The notes below the pieces were generated by a model. It was not told the DNA's origin. It did no database searches and was given only the letters and a program-made list of their open reading frames with translations. The position numbers were made by a program, and so were the translations under genes. Shown here one piece after another: positions 20,639-30,779 of a stretch of 64,000 bases of DNA; position 1 is the first letter of the stretch; every line of letters begins with the position of its first letter. Origin of the DNA: Minisyncoccota bacterium (lineage in GTDB: Bacteria; Patescibacteriota; Minisyncoccia; Phycocordibacterales; UBA5272); the NCBI GenBank assembly GCA_035905815.1, contig JAMIGE010000022.1:18360-82359 (forward strand), in the 5' to 3' direction.

Positions 20639-20781
20639 ATAGTGAGGTACCCGAGCCGGAGGCTGCCAGCTAAGCGTCAGTGATGTAATGCGGGCAGAAT
20701 CATAATGATACATAACGAGTAACATCACAATGATGTATCTCGACCAACATCATGCTGACCATGATTAAATGCCTCAAACAA

Positions 20782-20808
20782 AGCGCCCACAATGTGGGCG
20801 CTTTTATT
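20782..20808. terminator. bidirectional terminator (agcgcccac-aatg-tgggcgct) between the convergent 20168 and sodA genes
   Basis: Perfect 9-bp stem with T-tracts on both strands. Confidence 0.6.
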
Positions 20809-20916
20809 TGTTTAACACATAAATTACTTGATATGTGCTCCTCAAAAGGTTGGGCATAGATTACAAACAGTCCCTACGCTAGTAATCAAACACTTCTGAG
20901 CCAGAACAAGGTCAAT

Positions 20917-21498
20917 TTAATTTAATCTAGACTCTACCACTTTCCAATTAATCGACTTTATAAAAGTATTAATATAGTCCGCCTTTTTAATACCGTAATC
21001 TGTCATATATGCATGCTCCCACATATCCATAACCATTAGTATATCTGCATTTAGTATTATGTTAGCATTATGCTCGGCAACCCAGGTGTGCATGATAGCA
21101 CCTGTATCGCGGTCTTTGATAAGTAGTACCCACCCTATTCCCCTTATGGTGCCATTACGCCTTAATGACTCTTCCCATCCAGACAGACTTCCATAGCTAG
21201 ACTCCAGTGCAAGCTTGATGTTAGGCGCACTGGCTATGTCAGTAGCCACCTCGCCAGTATTACCCTTTACCAAATTTTCAAAATATAACTCATGGAGCTT
21301 TACACCATTTACCTCCCATCCTAGGCGACGCTTAAGCTCGTAATATTCCATACTACCCTTTTCTACCTTATCCAGCTCTGCTATCATTTTATTACTATTG
21401 TCTACATAACCTTTATACAGAGTAAAGTGATTACTTAGCATAGTATCACTAAAGCCGCCCAATCCCAGCAAATTTGAAAAGTCTTTTTGTGTGTACAT
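20917..21498 (-). CDS. sodA: Fe/Mn superoxide dismutase family protein with a divergent N-terminal domain
   Basis: C-terminal DMWEHAYMTDYG and GWVLLIKD motifs. The N-terminal HHxKHH region is degenerate (LSNHFTLYKGYVDNSN). Confidence 0.7.
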   Translation of the reverse strand: MYTQKDFSNLLGLGGFSDTMLSNHFTLYKGYVDNSNKMIAELDKVEKGSMEYYELKRRLGWEVNGVKLHELYFENLVKGNTGEVATDIASAPNIKLALESSYGSLSGWEESLRRNGTIRGIGWVLLIKDRDTGAIMHTWVAEHNANIILNADILMVMDMWEHAYMTDYGIKKADYINTFIKSINWKVVESRLN

Positions 21499-21537
21499 AT
21501 ATTTATTATTTATATAGATATTATATCACAAATTTAG

Positions 21538-22776
21538 CTAATTTCTGTACTTATTATATATACTTCTAATTGCATTTAATAGTGCAATCATATCTGCGCT
21601 AGTGGTAGATCGTCCCATTGTCACCCTAATATTATTATTTGCATCTGACTTGCTATACCCTAGCGCCTCTAATACATACGAGCCCTCTTCGCTATCACTA
21701 GCACAGGCAGACTTGTGCGAGACTTGATACCCAGCATAATCCAGCCTAATCACCATCTCATCACTAGGGAAGTCCTTAATAATTAAATTAATATTATTAG
21801 GCGATCTTTTTATAATATCATTCTGCGGGCCGACTATTTGAATGAAATTATAATCAGAATTAGAATTTATTATTTCGAATATCTGGCTTTGAATTTTATA
21901 AAGTCGTAAGGACTCTAAATCTCTCACTGCAGAAGCTTCTAAGACTGCGGAGGCACCGCCTACAATACCAGACAAATTCTCTGTACCGGACCTCAGTCCA
22001 GACTCTTGTCCTCCACCAGTTATAATCGGGAGCAGTTGTGGACCCGAACCAGTCGCTAGCACAGCAAAGCCTTTGGGCCCGTAGAGCTTGGCAGAATTAA
22101 AACTGAGCAAATCTATATGCATAGATCGCATATCAATTTTAAAATAATTTAAGGACTGACATGCATCCACATGATATAATACCTTGCTAGTGTCTCCACT
22201 CTTTTCTCTTGCTAAGTTGTATAAATATATAACTCTTCCTAAATCTTTAATATTCTGTACTGTGCCCACTTCATTATTCACATGTATCACACTAGCTAAA
22301 ATAGTATTAGCATCTAATTGCTCGGATAGGTCACGAGGGCTCACCATACCCATCATATCTACTGGAAGGTATTTAATCTTTATAAGACTCTTCTTTTCTA
22401 AATCTTTCAAAGTCTCAAGCGTCGCCGGATGCTCTATAGGCGTTGTTATGATATTGGGTATGTCTAATGCTTTGTCTTTACTTTTTAAATTGTAATATAA
22501 TTCTACACTCCCCCTTATGGCTAGGTTAATACTCTCTGTGGCCGAGCTTGTAAAGTATATATGCTTTGGTTGGCAGTTAATCTCTTTGGATATAATCTCC
22601 CTGCAATTCTCTATCAAGCCTTTAGCTTTTACTCCATCTCTATACAGGGCGGACGGATTATAGAAAAGGCCTTGATGCTTGGACATCTCATTCAAAACAG
22701 CAGCTGATACAGGAGTTGCTGCCGCATAATCCAAATATACAACCCTTTTAAGAATTTTATTTAAAAAACTAAACAT
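21538..22776 (-). CDS. class V aminotransferase / cysteine desulfurase family protein (NifS/IscS-like)
   Basis: PLP-lysine region SFNSAKLYGPKGFAVL, 412 aa, and a C-terminal HKSACASD region. Confidence 0.7.
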   Translation of the reverse strand: MFSFLNKILKRVVYLDYAAATPVSAAVLNEMSKHQGLFYNPSALYRDGVKAKGLIENCREIISKEINCQPKHIYFTSSATESINLAIRGSVELYYNLKSKDKALDIPNIITTPIEHPATLETLKDLEKKSLIKIKYLPVDMMGMVSPRDLSEQLDANTILASVIHVNNEVGTVQNIKDLGRVIYLYNLAREKSGDTSKVLYHVDACQSLNYFKIDMRSMHIDLLSFNSAKLYGPKGFAVLATGSGPQLLPIITGGGQESGLRSGTENLSGIVGGASAVLEASAVRDLESLRLYKIQSQIFEIINSNSDYNFIQIVGPQNDIIKRSPNNINLIIKDFPSDEMVIRLDYAGYQVSHKSACASDSEEGSYVLEALGYSKSDANNNIRVTMGRSTTSADMIALLNAIRSIYNKYRN

Positions 22777-22837
22777 AGAATCAATATAGCATATTTATGA
22801 TAATTTTGTTATAATATACATCTAATTTAAGAAATTT

Positions 22838-23422
22838 ATGGCAACACTAGAATACAACGAGGTAAAGCCTCGTACATATATTGTTTTAGATGGTGAGCCT
22901 TATGAGTGCACCGAGTCTCAAGTGTCTCGCACTCAAAAGCGCAAGCCTCAGAATCAGGTCAAGCTTAAAAGCCTAATAAGTGGAAAGACTACTCCTATGA
23001 CTTTCCATGCTAGCGATACAGTAGAGGCAGCAGAGATTAGCCGTAGGACTATCAAATTCCTATACGCTAATCGTGGCGAATACTGGTTCGCAGATCCAAA
23101 TAACCCAAAAGATAGATTCCAAATCGAAGCATCGCTTATTGGTGACAATAGTAAATATCTAAAAGATAATACAGAGTGTGAAGCCCTAGTATTTGGTGAA
23201 GATGAAGAGGCTAAAATAATTGGCCTAAAGCTACCTATTAAAATGACATTCCTAGTAAAGGAGGCTCCTCCTAATATTAAGGGTGATACCGCTAGTGGTG
23301 GAGGCAAACTTGCCACCCTAGAAACTGGCGCACAGGTTACAGTTCCACTGTTTATCGAAGCTGGTGAGATGATAGTAGTAAATACCGACACCGGTGAATA
23401 CGCAGAAAGGGTCAAAGCATAG
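22838..23422 (+). CDS. efp: elongation factor P
   Basis: KPQNQVKLKSLISGKTTPMTF and GDTASGGGKLATLETGAQVTVPLFIEAGEMIVVNTDTGEY motifs. Confidence 0.85.
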   Translation: MATLEYNEVKPRTYIVLDGEPYECTESQVSRTQKRKPQNQVKLKSLISGKTTPMTFHASDTVEAAEISRRTIKFLYANRGEYWFADPNNPKDRFQIEASLIGDNSKYLKDNTECEALVFGEDEEAKIIGLKLPIKMTFLVKEAPPNIKGDTASGGGKLATLETGAQVTVPLFIEAGEMIVVNTDTGEYAERVKA

Positions 23423-23446
23423 CTAGCAGTATTATACATAATACAA

Positions 23447-23482
23447 ACAAAACAGGTCCACATCGTGGACCTGTTTTGTTTT
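23447..23482. terminator. bidirectional terminator (aacaggtccac-atcg-tggacctgtt) between the convergent efp and TPM gene
   Basis: Perfect 11-bp stem flanked by an A-tract and a T-tract. Confidence 0.6.
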
Positions 23483-23483
23483 G

Positions 23484-24455
23484 CTACCAGCTCCCACTGG
23501 ACCCACCCCCTCCAGACGATCCTCCGCCGCCAGAGTATCCTCCACCGAAGCCACCTCCACTACTACCACCCCATCCGCCTCCACCTCCACCTCCAAATCC
23601 ACTACCCCCAGCCCACCAGTCTGGTGGTCCACTTTTCTGGCCTGCGGCATGCTCTTTGTAATTTCTAGATACTATGTAGTCAAACACGAGTCCAACTATC
23701 ACCAAAACAAAGGCAAGCAGAGTTTTAATAATTAATATAAATATGAGCAGCGCAATTATGAATCCTATCACTCCACCCAGCCACCAGCTTTTAGATCTTC
23801 CTAATATCGCAGCAATCCATGGGATAACAGCTACTGCTACAAAGAATATTATCCCAACAATATTAATTGCATTATTCATTAGGAAAGTCTTTAGCGCACC
23901 TGGCTGCGTGGCTGCACTGTTTTGAATAATTGGATCATCGGCATTTGCATTTATAACTTGCACTATTGCCTCCGCTGCAGATCTTAAGCCTCTGGTATAA
24001 TCACCACTTTTAAAGTTTGGGGTTATAATATTATTTATTATATTCGCCGATAAGCCATCAGTTACTATGGGCTCTAACCCATAGCCAACTTCGATACGCA
24101 CAGCTCTCTCCTTTATCGCGGCGATTATAAGTATACCATTGTCAGACTCACTATTACCCGGCTTCGCCTTTTCAAAAGCCTTCACAGCATAATGCTCGAT
24201 ATAATCCCCGCTCATGTCTGGTACCGTTAGTATTATGACCTGACTAGTATTACTAGCTGCCAAATTATACAATTCATTATTCAATTCTAGCTCTACCCCA
24301 TCATCTATTACATTGGCATAATCATTAACATACTTGTCAAACTTAAGCTCATCTATAGTAGTGGCATATGCCTGTGAATTTAGAATTACTACATTCAAAA
24401 TTAAAAACAGGCCGAATACTAGTTGTGTGATTCGGCTTGTTTTAATTCGTAACAT
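23484..24455 (-). CDS. TPM-domain (YgcG-like) membrane protein with an extreme Gly-rich C-terminal tail
   Basis: Signal peptide, TPM-like region (LTVPDMSGDYIEHYAVKAFE...GILIIAAIKERAVRIEVGYG), two TM helices, then GGSGFGGGGGGGWGGSSGGGFGGGYSGGGGSSGGGGSSGSW. It lies downstream of lemA. Confidence 0.7.
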   Translation of the reverse strand: MLRIKTSRITQLVFGLFLILNVVILNSQAYATTIDELKFDKYVNDYANVIDDGVELELNNELYNLAASNTSQVIILTVPDMSGDYIEHYAVKAFEKAKPGNSESDNGILIIAAIKERAVRIEVGYGLEPIVTDGLSANIINNIITPNFKSGDYTRGLRSAAEAIVQVINANADDPIIQNSAATQPGALKTFLMNNAINIVGIIFFVAVAVIPWIAAILGRSKSWWLGGVIGFIIALLIFILIIKTLLAFVLVIVGLVFDYIVSRNYKEHAAGQKSGPPDWWAGGSGFGGGGGGGWGGSSGGGFGGGYSGGGGSSGGGGSSGSW

Positions 24456-24478
24456 ATTTACTCTAGAATTACAGTGGT

Positions 24479-25066
24479 TTAGAAGCTTGTGCTAGGTGCT
24501 GCGCTGGCTGCTGGATTCTGTATTTCGAAATATGTCCTTTTTGAAAATCCAAATGCTTTGGCAAATAGATTAGAAGGGAACATTGTCACCTCATTATTAT
24601 ACTCTTGGACCAAGTCATTGTACCTCTGCCTCTCGACATTGATTCTGTTCTCATTACCTTCTACATTGACCCCTCCTACTAATCCACCGACTAGATCAGG
24701 AGTTTTTAAGTTTGGGTATGCCTCCTGCACTGCAGACCTGGCTAGCAATAATCCATTTAATGCTCCAGAGTAATTATTAGCTGCTGCTACTTGCGCTTCG
24801 GCATTACCACTTGCGGCAGTGTAAATCTTCCTCGCTTCTGTTACTAATTGTATTGCTTGTACCTCTGTATCTTTAGCACCTTTGATTGCGCCAATTGCTT
24901 GACTAATACTATCGAATCTCCTCTGCAGTACGCTGTCCACCTGGGCCCACTGCCCATCTACAGCATTATTAATCTTCACCAAGTTATTATACTTACCAAC
25001 ACCATAACTAATAAGCATTATTGCTGCCACCAATACTACACCTAAAGTAATTAAATATTTTTTCAT
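24479..25066 (-). CDS. lemA: LemA family protein
   Basis: N-terminal TM helix, then NNLVKINNAVDGQWAQVDSVLQRRFD...YNDLVQEYNNEVTMFPSNLFAKAFGF, the canonical LemA signature. Confidence 0.8.
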   Translation of the reverse strand: MKKYLITLGVVLVAAIMLISYGVGKYNNLVKINNAVDGQWAQVDSVLQRRFDSISQAIGAIKGAKDTEVQAIQLVTEARKIYTAASGNAEAQVAAANNYSGALNGLLLARSAVQEAYPNLKTPDLVGGLVGGVNVEGNENRINVERQRYNDLVQEYNNEVTMFPSNLFAKAFGFSKRTYFEIQNPAASAAPSTSF

Positions 25067-25104
25067 ATATGTAAATTATAGCATACATAGGCCCTCGCGC
25101 AAGG

Positions 25105-27720
25105 CTACTTTTGCTTTAGAACTTTCTTCAGATATTGACCAGTATATGACGCTTTATTCTGAGCTACTTGCTCTGGAGTGCCGCTGGCCACCAAATTACC
25201 TCCTCCCACGCCTCCTTCGGGGCCAATATCCAATATGTAATCTGCCGACTTTACTATATCTAAATTGTGCTCGATCAATACTACGGTATTACCTTTATCT
25301 ACTAGCTTGTTAAGTATCTGTATCAGCTTGTCTATATCATCATAATGCAGTCCAATACTTGGCTCATCCAATAAATATATAGTCTTCTCTACGTGTGGCC
25401 TATACAACTCACTAGATATCTTCACACGCTGTGCCTCTCCTCCGGAAAGTGTTGTAGCACTCTGACCAAGCTCTAAATATCCAAGTCCTACATCGTTCAG
25501 TGTTTTAATTCTATCGTGAATTGCTGGTATGTCTTCAAAGAACACCAAAGCCTCCTCTACTGTCATACGAAGTACATCATATATATTCTTGCCTTTCCAC
25601 TTTACATCCAGTGTCTCCTTCATAAATCTCTTCCCCAGACACACATCACAAGTCACATATACGGTAGGCAAAAAATGCATTTCAACTGCTATCTCGCCAT
25701 TACCTTGGCAAGCTTCACATCTACCGCCCTTCACATTAAATGAAAAGCGAGAAGGTTTCCATCCGCGTAGCCTAGCCTCTTCACTTTCTGCAAATAGGTC
25801 ACGCACATGGGTCCAGGCCCCCGTATATGTAGCAGGATTAGATCGTGGTGTACGACCAATTGCGGACTGGTCTATCAGTACTACGCGCGATATATACTCT
25901 GTACCTGTAAACTCTTCTACATTATAAAGCTTGGCAGTACGCTTGGCCCTCTCTAGCCTAGCTTCTAAATTCCTATGCAATAGCTCGTACATGAATGTTG
26001 ACTTTCCTGACCCAGACACTCCAGTGATACATGTCATCTTACCTAGAGGAACCTTGGCATTCATGTTTTTAATATTAAAAGCGTTGCCGTTTTTAATTCT
26101 TATTTCTCCCATTTCTTTATTCCTCCTTGTGACAGGTGTAGCAATTGACTTTTCGCCTCTCAAATACGCCAAAGTACTAGACTTGCTTGCATTTGTTTTG
26201 GCAGTTAACAAGTCTTCTAAATATCCACTAACTATCACATTGCCGCCATGCACTCCAGCAGCCGGGCCGATGTCTACTATGTAATCACTGGCATATATTG
26301 TATCCTCATCATGCTCTACAACTATAATTGTGTTACCCATATCGCGCAGCTCTGTAAGAGTTTTAATAAGTCTATCATTATCACGCTGATGTAGTCCTAT
26401 TGTAGGCTCATCCAGCACATATAGAGCGCCTACAAGTTTTGAGCCTAGCTGGGACGCTAGTCTAATACGCTGGGCCTCACCACCACTTAATGTGTCTGCC
26501 TTACGGTTAAGCTGCAAATAACTAAGTCCGACATTGAGCATAAACTCTAATCTGCTTTGTATTTCTTTAACTACCACATTAGCAATTTCTTTCTCTTTAT
26601 CTGTCAGTGGTAAGCTTACAAAATATTTAAGAGCATCGTCAATTGTAAGATCTGTAATGTCTACAATGTTAACTTTATTAGTGTCACTTAGGAATACATT
26701 GAGTGCCTCTTTACGCAGCCTCTTGCCACCGCAATCATCACAAGCGTCTAGTCCTCCGAAATATTTAGTACCTAGTCCATTACAACTGGCGCACGCACCA
26801 TACGGTGAATTAAAAGAGAAAAGTCTGGGCTCTATTTCTGGGAAAGAGAATCCGCAATTCGCGCAAGAGAATTTATTGCTCATAATACTCCTTTCTCCTA
26901 GCACATCTATTTCTACTAAGCCATTACTTTCATCTATAGCCCTTTCTATTGACTCAGACAGTCTCATTTCAGCATCCTTTTTACTTTCCTTTAGCTTGAA
27001 CTCGTCAATACTTATAGTATCTACAACTACTGATATCTCATGCTTTTTGTTCTTGTCCAGTACAATTTGCTCACGTAGACTCTTTTTCTCCCCATCTATC
27101 AGCACCTCAGTATAACCTTTACCCAAGAGCTCATATAGCATTTGATAATATTCACCCTTCCTACCTCTAACCACCGGCGCTAGTATTACTATATCGTGAG
27201 TACTATACTCTACACCCATAACTTCGCTCTTAATATCTTGGTATTTAACTTTTTTAAGCTTGTCTAATACGAAATGGGAAATCTCATCATTGGTTAGCTT
27301 TTGTATTTTCTCTCCACAGTCTACGCAATACGGCTTGCCTACTCGTGCATACAGAACGCGCAAGTAATCATATATCTCTGTAATTGTTGCTACTGTTGAT
27401 CTAGGATTCCTGCCAGCTGACTTTTGATCAATAGAGATAGCTGGAGACAGCCCGATGATTTCATCTACATCAGGCTTTTGCATTTGATTAAGGAATTGTC
27501 TAGCATATGCAGACAAGCTCTCTACATACCTTCTCTGGCCTTCGGCGAATATTGTATCAAATGCGAGTGACGACTTGCCAGATCCAGACAATCCAGTAAA
27601 CACTATCATTTTGTTCCTCGGCATTTCGACAGTTACATTCTTTAAATTATGAGTCCTAGCGCCACGCACAATGATCTTGTCAAGCTCTGATTTATTTTTT
27701 TTATTAGTTATGGCAACCAT
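25105..27720 (-). CDS. uvrA: excinuclease ABC subunit A
   Basis: Duplicated ABC ATPase (GLSGSGKSS and GVSGSGKST, two LSGGEAQR signatures) with zinc-finger CxxC pairs. 871 aa. Confidence 0.9.
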   Translation of the reverse strand: MVAITNKKNKSELDKIIVRGARTHNLKNVTVEMPRNKMIVFTGLSGSGKSSLAFDTIFAEGQRRYVESLSAYARQFLNQMQKPDVDEIIGLSPAISIDQKSAGRNPRSTVATITEIYDYLRVLYARVGKPYCVDCGEKIQKLTNDEISHFVLDKLKKVKYQDIKSEVMGVEYSTHDIVILAPVVRGRKGEYYQMLYELLGKGYTEVLIDGEKKSLREQIVLDKNKKHEISVVVDTISIDEFKLKESKKDAEMRLSESIERAIDESNGLVEIDVLGERSIMSNKFSCANCGFSFPEIEPRLFSFNSPYGACASCNGLGTKYFGGLDACDDCGGKRLRKEALNVFLSDTNKVNIVDITDLTIDDALKYFVSLPLTDKEKEIANVVVKEIQSRLEFMLNVGLSYLQLNRKADTLSGGEAQRIRLASQLGSKLVGALYVLDEPTIGLHQRDNDRLIKTLTELRDMGNTIIVVEHDEDTIYASDYIVDIGPAAGVHGGNVIVSGYLEDLLTAKTNASKSSTLAYLRGEKSIATPVTRRNKEMGEIRIKNGNAFNIKNMNAKVPLGKMTCITGVSGSGKSTFMYELLHRNLEARLERAKRTAKLYNVEEFTGTEYISRVVLIDQSAIGRTPRSNPATYTGAWTHVRDLFAESEEARLRGWKPSRFSFNVKGGRCEACQGNGEIAVEMHFLPTVYVTCDVCLGKRFMKETLDVKWKGKNIYDVLRMTVEEALVFFEDIPAIHDRIKTLNDVGLGYLELGQSATTLSGGEAQRVKISSELYRPHVEKTIYLLDEPSIGLHYDDIDKLIQILNKLVDKGNTVVLIEHNLDIVKSADYILDIGPEGGVGGGNLVASGTPEQVAQNKASYTGQYLKKVLKQK

Positions 27721-27806
27721 ATTATTAGTATGAATTAAATTAATTATAGCATAAAACTACCCATTTGTCTTAGAAAAAGGAGGGTTCTCTTCTACTGAGT
27801 TTATAA

Positions 27807-28406
27807 TTAGAAAATTTGCTTTTTGATAGTAAAAACATTATTATTTCTTGATAAATAAGAAAATATAACATGATGCATTGTCATAAAGTAAAAAACTTCT
27901 GTAGAAAAAATAGTTCGTATAAAGTTTTTTAAGCCCACTGAGCATAAGAACAAAATAATTAATGTTAAAAATAAATGTTTGTAAAGTATTTCTTTGTAAA
28001 AAGACTTTTGCATTTTTACTGAAGGAAACTTATAATAAAAATACCAAAAAAAATAATGGTAAATAACTATTAGCTTTATAAGTAACCCAGAAATAAGATT
28101 ATCTATAAACATAAAAGCTAGTAGAAATACAAACCCAGACGATAGAATCATGATAGCTTGATTTTCTTTTTTAAAACGAAAAAGGTCAATTGTGTTATGT
28201 ATCAAGAATATAAAAATAACTAAAAATATATAAAGTTTCTGACTTGTATTAAATTGTGAAAATACAGAAAAAGAAAAAAGGAAAGATATTGCACAATAAT
28301 ATAAAAAGTGCTTTAATCCTATCTTTTTAAAAGAATATACATAAGCAAAGTAAAAATGCCCCCAAGATAAGAATATTAGTATCCAGTCGAATATTTTTAT
28401 AAACAT
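27807..28406 (-). CDS. hypothetical polytopic membrane protein (very AT-rich)
   Basis: 199 aa, mostly hydrophobic/aromatic, with no recognisable motif. Confidence 0.4.
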   Translation of the reverse strand: MFIKIFDWILIFLSWGHFYFAYVYSFKKIGLKHFLYYCAISFLFSFSVFSQFNTSQKLYIFLVIFIFLIHNTIDLFRFKKENQAIMILSSGFVFLLAFMFIDNLISGLLIKLIVIYHYFFWYFYYKFPSVKMQKSFYKEILYKHLFLTLIILFLCSVGLKNFIRTIFSTEVFYFMTMHHVIFSYLSRNNNVFTIKKQIF

Positions 28407-28426
28407 GGTATAATCATAACATAACC

Positions 28427-29158
28427 ATGATACTTAAACTATCTATTTTATTTATATTGCTAATAATCTCAGGATTTTTTGCTACTCTATTTTTATTTAA
28501 ATTTAACTGGAAAAAGATACAAGAAAAGGAATTGGATAAGAAAATCTTTATGTGGGCACCGTTAGCTTTACTATTTCTTCTTGTATTTTACATTGGATAT
28601 ATTGCCAAGACTCTCTTTCTAATCTTTATTGTTACGATGTCACTAAAAGAATTTTATAAAAACAAAATATTTACAAAAAGTAAATTCTTTGCTGTAGCTT
28701 ATTCTGCGCTATTTATATTAGGATTATTACACATGGCATTGTATGGGAAATTCTTTAGCAATAGTACCTTAATAGTAATAACTGTTCTCATAAGTACCGT
28801 TCTGGCTGATGTCTTTGCTTTTCTCCTAGGAACTTTCAGCCGATATAAATTACCAGAAGTCTTGAACAGTAACAAAAGTTATACGGGTGTATTAGGTCAA
28901 GCTGTAGGGGCTACTTTCAGTGTGATTATTTTAGAAAGATTCATAACTGGGGTTGTGACCCCAAATAAGCTTGTAATAATAACTTCTGTGGCCATAGGAG
29001 CAATTATTGGGGACTTATATAATAGTTATATAAAAAGAAGACTTGGCATAAAAGACTGGTCTAAGTCCATACCTGGACATGGCGGATATGTAGATAGATT
29101 TTGCTCTACAAGTTTTGCTATGATTATAACTTTTTATTTCTTGCTATTTTTATCTTAA
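28427..29158 (+). CDS. cdsA: phosphatidate cytidylyltransferase (CDP-diglyceride synthase)
   Basis: C-terminal signature SYIKRRLGIKDWSKSIPGHGGYVDRFCS and NSNKSYTGV (the SPxKTxEG-like motif). Confidence 0.8.
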   Translation: MILKLSILFILLIISGFFATLFLFKFNWKKIQEKELDKKIFMWAPLALLFLLVFYIGYIAKTLFLIFIVTMSLKEFYKNKIFTKSKFFAVAYSALFILGLLHMALYGKFFSNSTLIVITVLISTVLADVFAFLLGTFSRYKLPEVLNSNKSYTGVLGQAVGATFSVIILERFITGVVTPNKLVIITSVAIGAIIGDLYNSYIKRRLGIKDWSKSIPGHGGYVDRFCSTSFAMIITFYFLLFLS

Positions 29159-29910
29159 AACGATCTAAGTTTATAATAGTAATCTTTTATAAAGTTAGAT
29201 TTTTTATGCTCTACTATATAACTATCTTTATACACATGAGTTACTGACATTAAGCAAAAAGAAAATACAAAACAAGCCAAAAAGAAAGTTAACAGAAAGT
29301 TATTAAGTATTCTTTTGTGTATCAGAGGATATATACCCGTGAGAATGATATAAACAAACCAATATCTAGACAACCTAACAATAACTGCAAATACTGTAAA
29401 TATAATAATATTAAGATTATAATCTTGAGCCAAATCTATAAAAACTTTGTAAGGCACACCAGAAAAGGGCTGGAAAATGAGAGCAATAACTCCAAATTCT
29501 TCATACCAAACCCTTGTCTGGTCTAACATGCTCTGATATATATAAGGTACTTGCTCTACACTAAAGTTAGAAAACCTGAAAAAATAGAAAGCAAAAAAGG
29601 TGCCACCTATAGTCCCCCATATATCATAAGTTAGTAGCTTTCTCTTGTTTTTCGCTCTGAAGAAGATAACAAGCAACAACAAAAACTCTGGTATAACGAA
29701 CCAAACTGAGGCTTCGAAAAACGCCCACCAGAACACCATATGGTTCATATGCTTACTTTCTATAAACTTTTCTATTTCTGTATTTATGTTTTTACTACGC
29801 TCCACAAAGATATGTTTCCTTCTGTATAAAAAGTAGAAAAACAAAAACGGTACTATTATACTTATTTGTATTACAAGATAATTAAAAACTATTAATAAAA
29901 TATTATACAT
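29155..29910 (-). CDS. hypothetical polytopic membrane protein
   Basis: 251 aa with about 7 hydrophobic segments. Its 3' end overlaps the cdsA stop. Confidence 0.4.
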   Translation of the reverse strand: MYNILLIVFNYLVIQISIIVPFLFFYFLYRRKHIFVERSKNINTEIEKFIESKHMNHMVFWWAFFEASVWFVIPEFLLLLVIFFRAKNKRKLLTYDIWGTIGGTFFAFYFFRFSNFSVEQVPYIYQSMLDQTRVWYEEFGVIALIFQPFSGVPYKVFIDLAQDYNLNIIIFTVFAVIVRLSRYWFVYIILTGIYPLIHKRILNNFLLTFFLACFVFSFCLMSVTHVYKDSYIVEHKKSNFIKDYYYKLRSF

Positions 29911-30767
29911 AAGAGAAAAAGTAAGTCGAAAATATTTTGATTGTAAGTTACAACAGATATATTTTTTAAAATATATTCGTGATTCTTTAGAACTTTAAAT
30001 CTAAAATATATAAGCCTGGCTCCAACTATAAAAAGAAATGGTAACACTAACATACTATCATGCACATACAACACAAAAATAAAGAGAGAGAAAATACAAA
30101 AGATACCTAACATAAGACTAACAAAAGACGTGCAAGTATGTCCATATCGAATCAAAAAAGTTTGCTTGTTATAAAGCACATCTCCTTTTATATCTCTATA
30201 GTCTTTTAAAATTACTATTGAGACTTTTAGAAGGAAAAATAAAACTAAAACCATTATCAAGTAAAAATTATAAGTTAATCCGTGAGTAAGGTAGTATCCA
30301 TAAACCAGTGGTAAAGAGTATGTGAAAGATAGACTTAATACAGAGAGTATTGGTCTTTTACATAGATGGGCGTTATAAATATAAGATAAGATAACGAGTA
30401 ATAAAGCGAATGCAAAGTGTCTGCCAAAAGCAAGTAAAGACAAGCAGAGTGATGCGAGTGCGAACATCTTAGGTGTTAACTTATATGTTGAGCCAGCAAC
30501 TGATTTAGCATCTACGGGGATTCTATTGTTCATGTTGTTAACTTTATCTATATCTACGTCTCTTATGTTGTTGTCCAGAACTGAGTATGAATAAGCACAG
30601 ATCAATATGAGTATACCAAGATAATAATCAAAACTTACATAAGAAGTAGTAATTGTTCCAGTCTCGAAGAAGTAGCCCATGCTAAATAGCAACACTAAGT
30701 TCAAAGTATTTTCTGGTCTTAGTGATTTTACAAAAGCATTTATATTTTCAAAAGAAAAACTTTTCAA
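29892..30767 (-). CDS. UbiA-family prenyltransferase-like membrane protein
   Basis: Asp-rich motifs LDNNIRDVDIDKVN (N/DxxDxxxD) and KDYRDIKGD in a protein with about 8 TM helices. Confidence 0.5.
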   Translation of the reverse strand: MKSFSFENINAFVKSLRPENTLNLVLLFSMGYFFETGTITTSYVSFDYYLGILILICAYSYSVLDNNIRDVDIDKVNNMNNRIPVDAKSVAGSTYKLTPKMFALASLCLSLLAFGRHFAFALLLVILSYIYNAHLCKRPILSVLSLSFTYSLPLVYGYYLTHGLTYNFYLIMVLVLFFLLKVSIVILKDYRDIKGDVLYNKQTFLIRYGHTCTSFVSLMLGIFCIFSLFIFVLYVHDSMLVLPFLFIVGARLIYFRFKVLKNHEYILKNISVVTYNQNIFDLLFLLCIIFY

Positions 30768-30779
30768 TTTAATCTAAAA

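Noticed and set aside
23476-23668. Pro-rich plus-strand ORFs (PPPPDDPPPPEYPPPKPPP)
   Set aside because: These are antisense reading-frame artefacts of the poly-Gly tail of the TPM gene on the minus strand.
25516-27115. Several 75-193-aa plus-strand ORFs within 25105-27720
   Set aside because: They lie antisense inside the well-supported uvrA gene and are composition artefacts.
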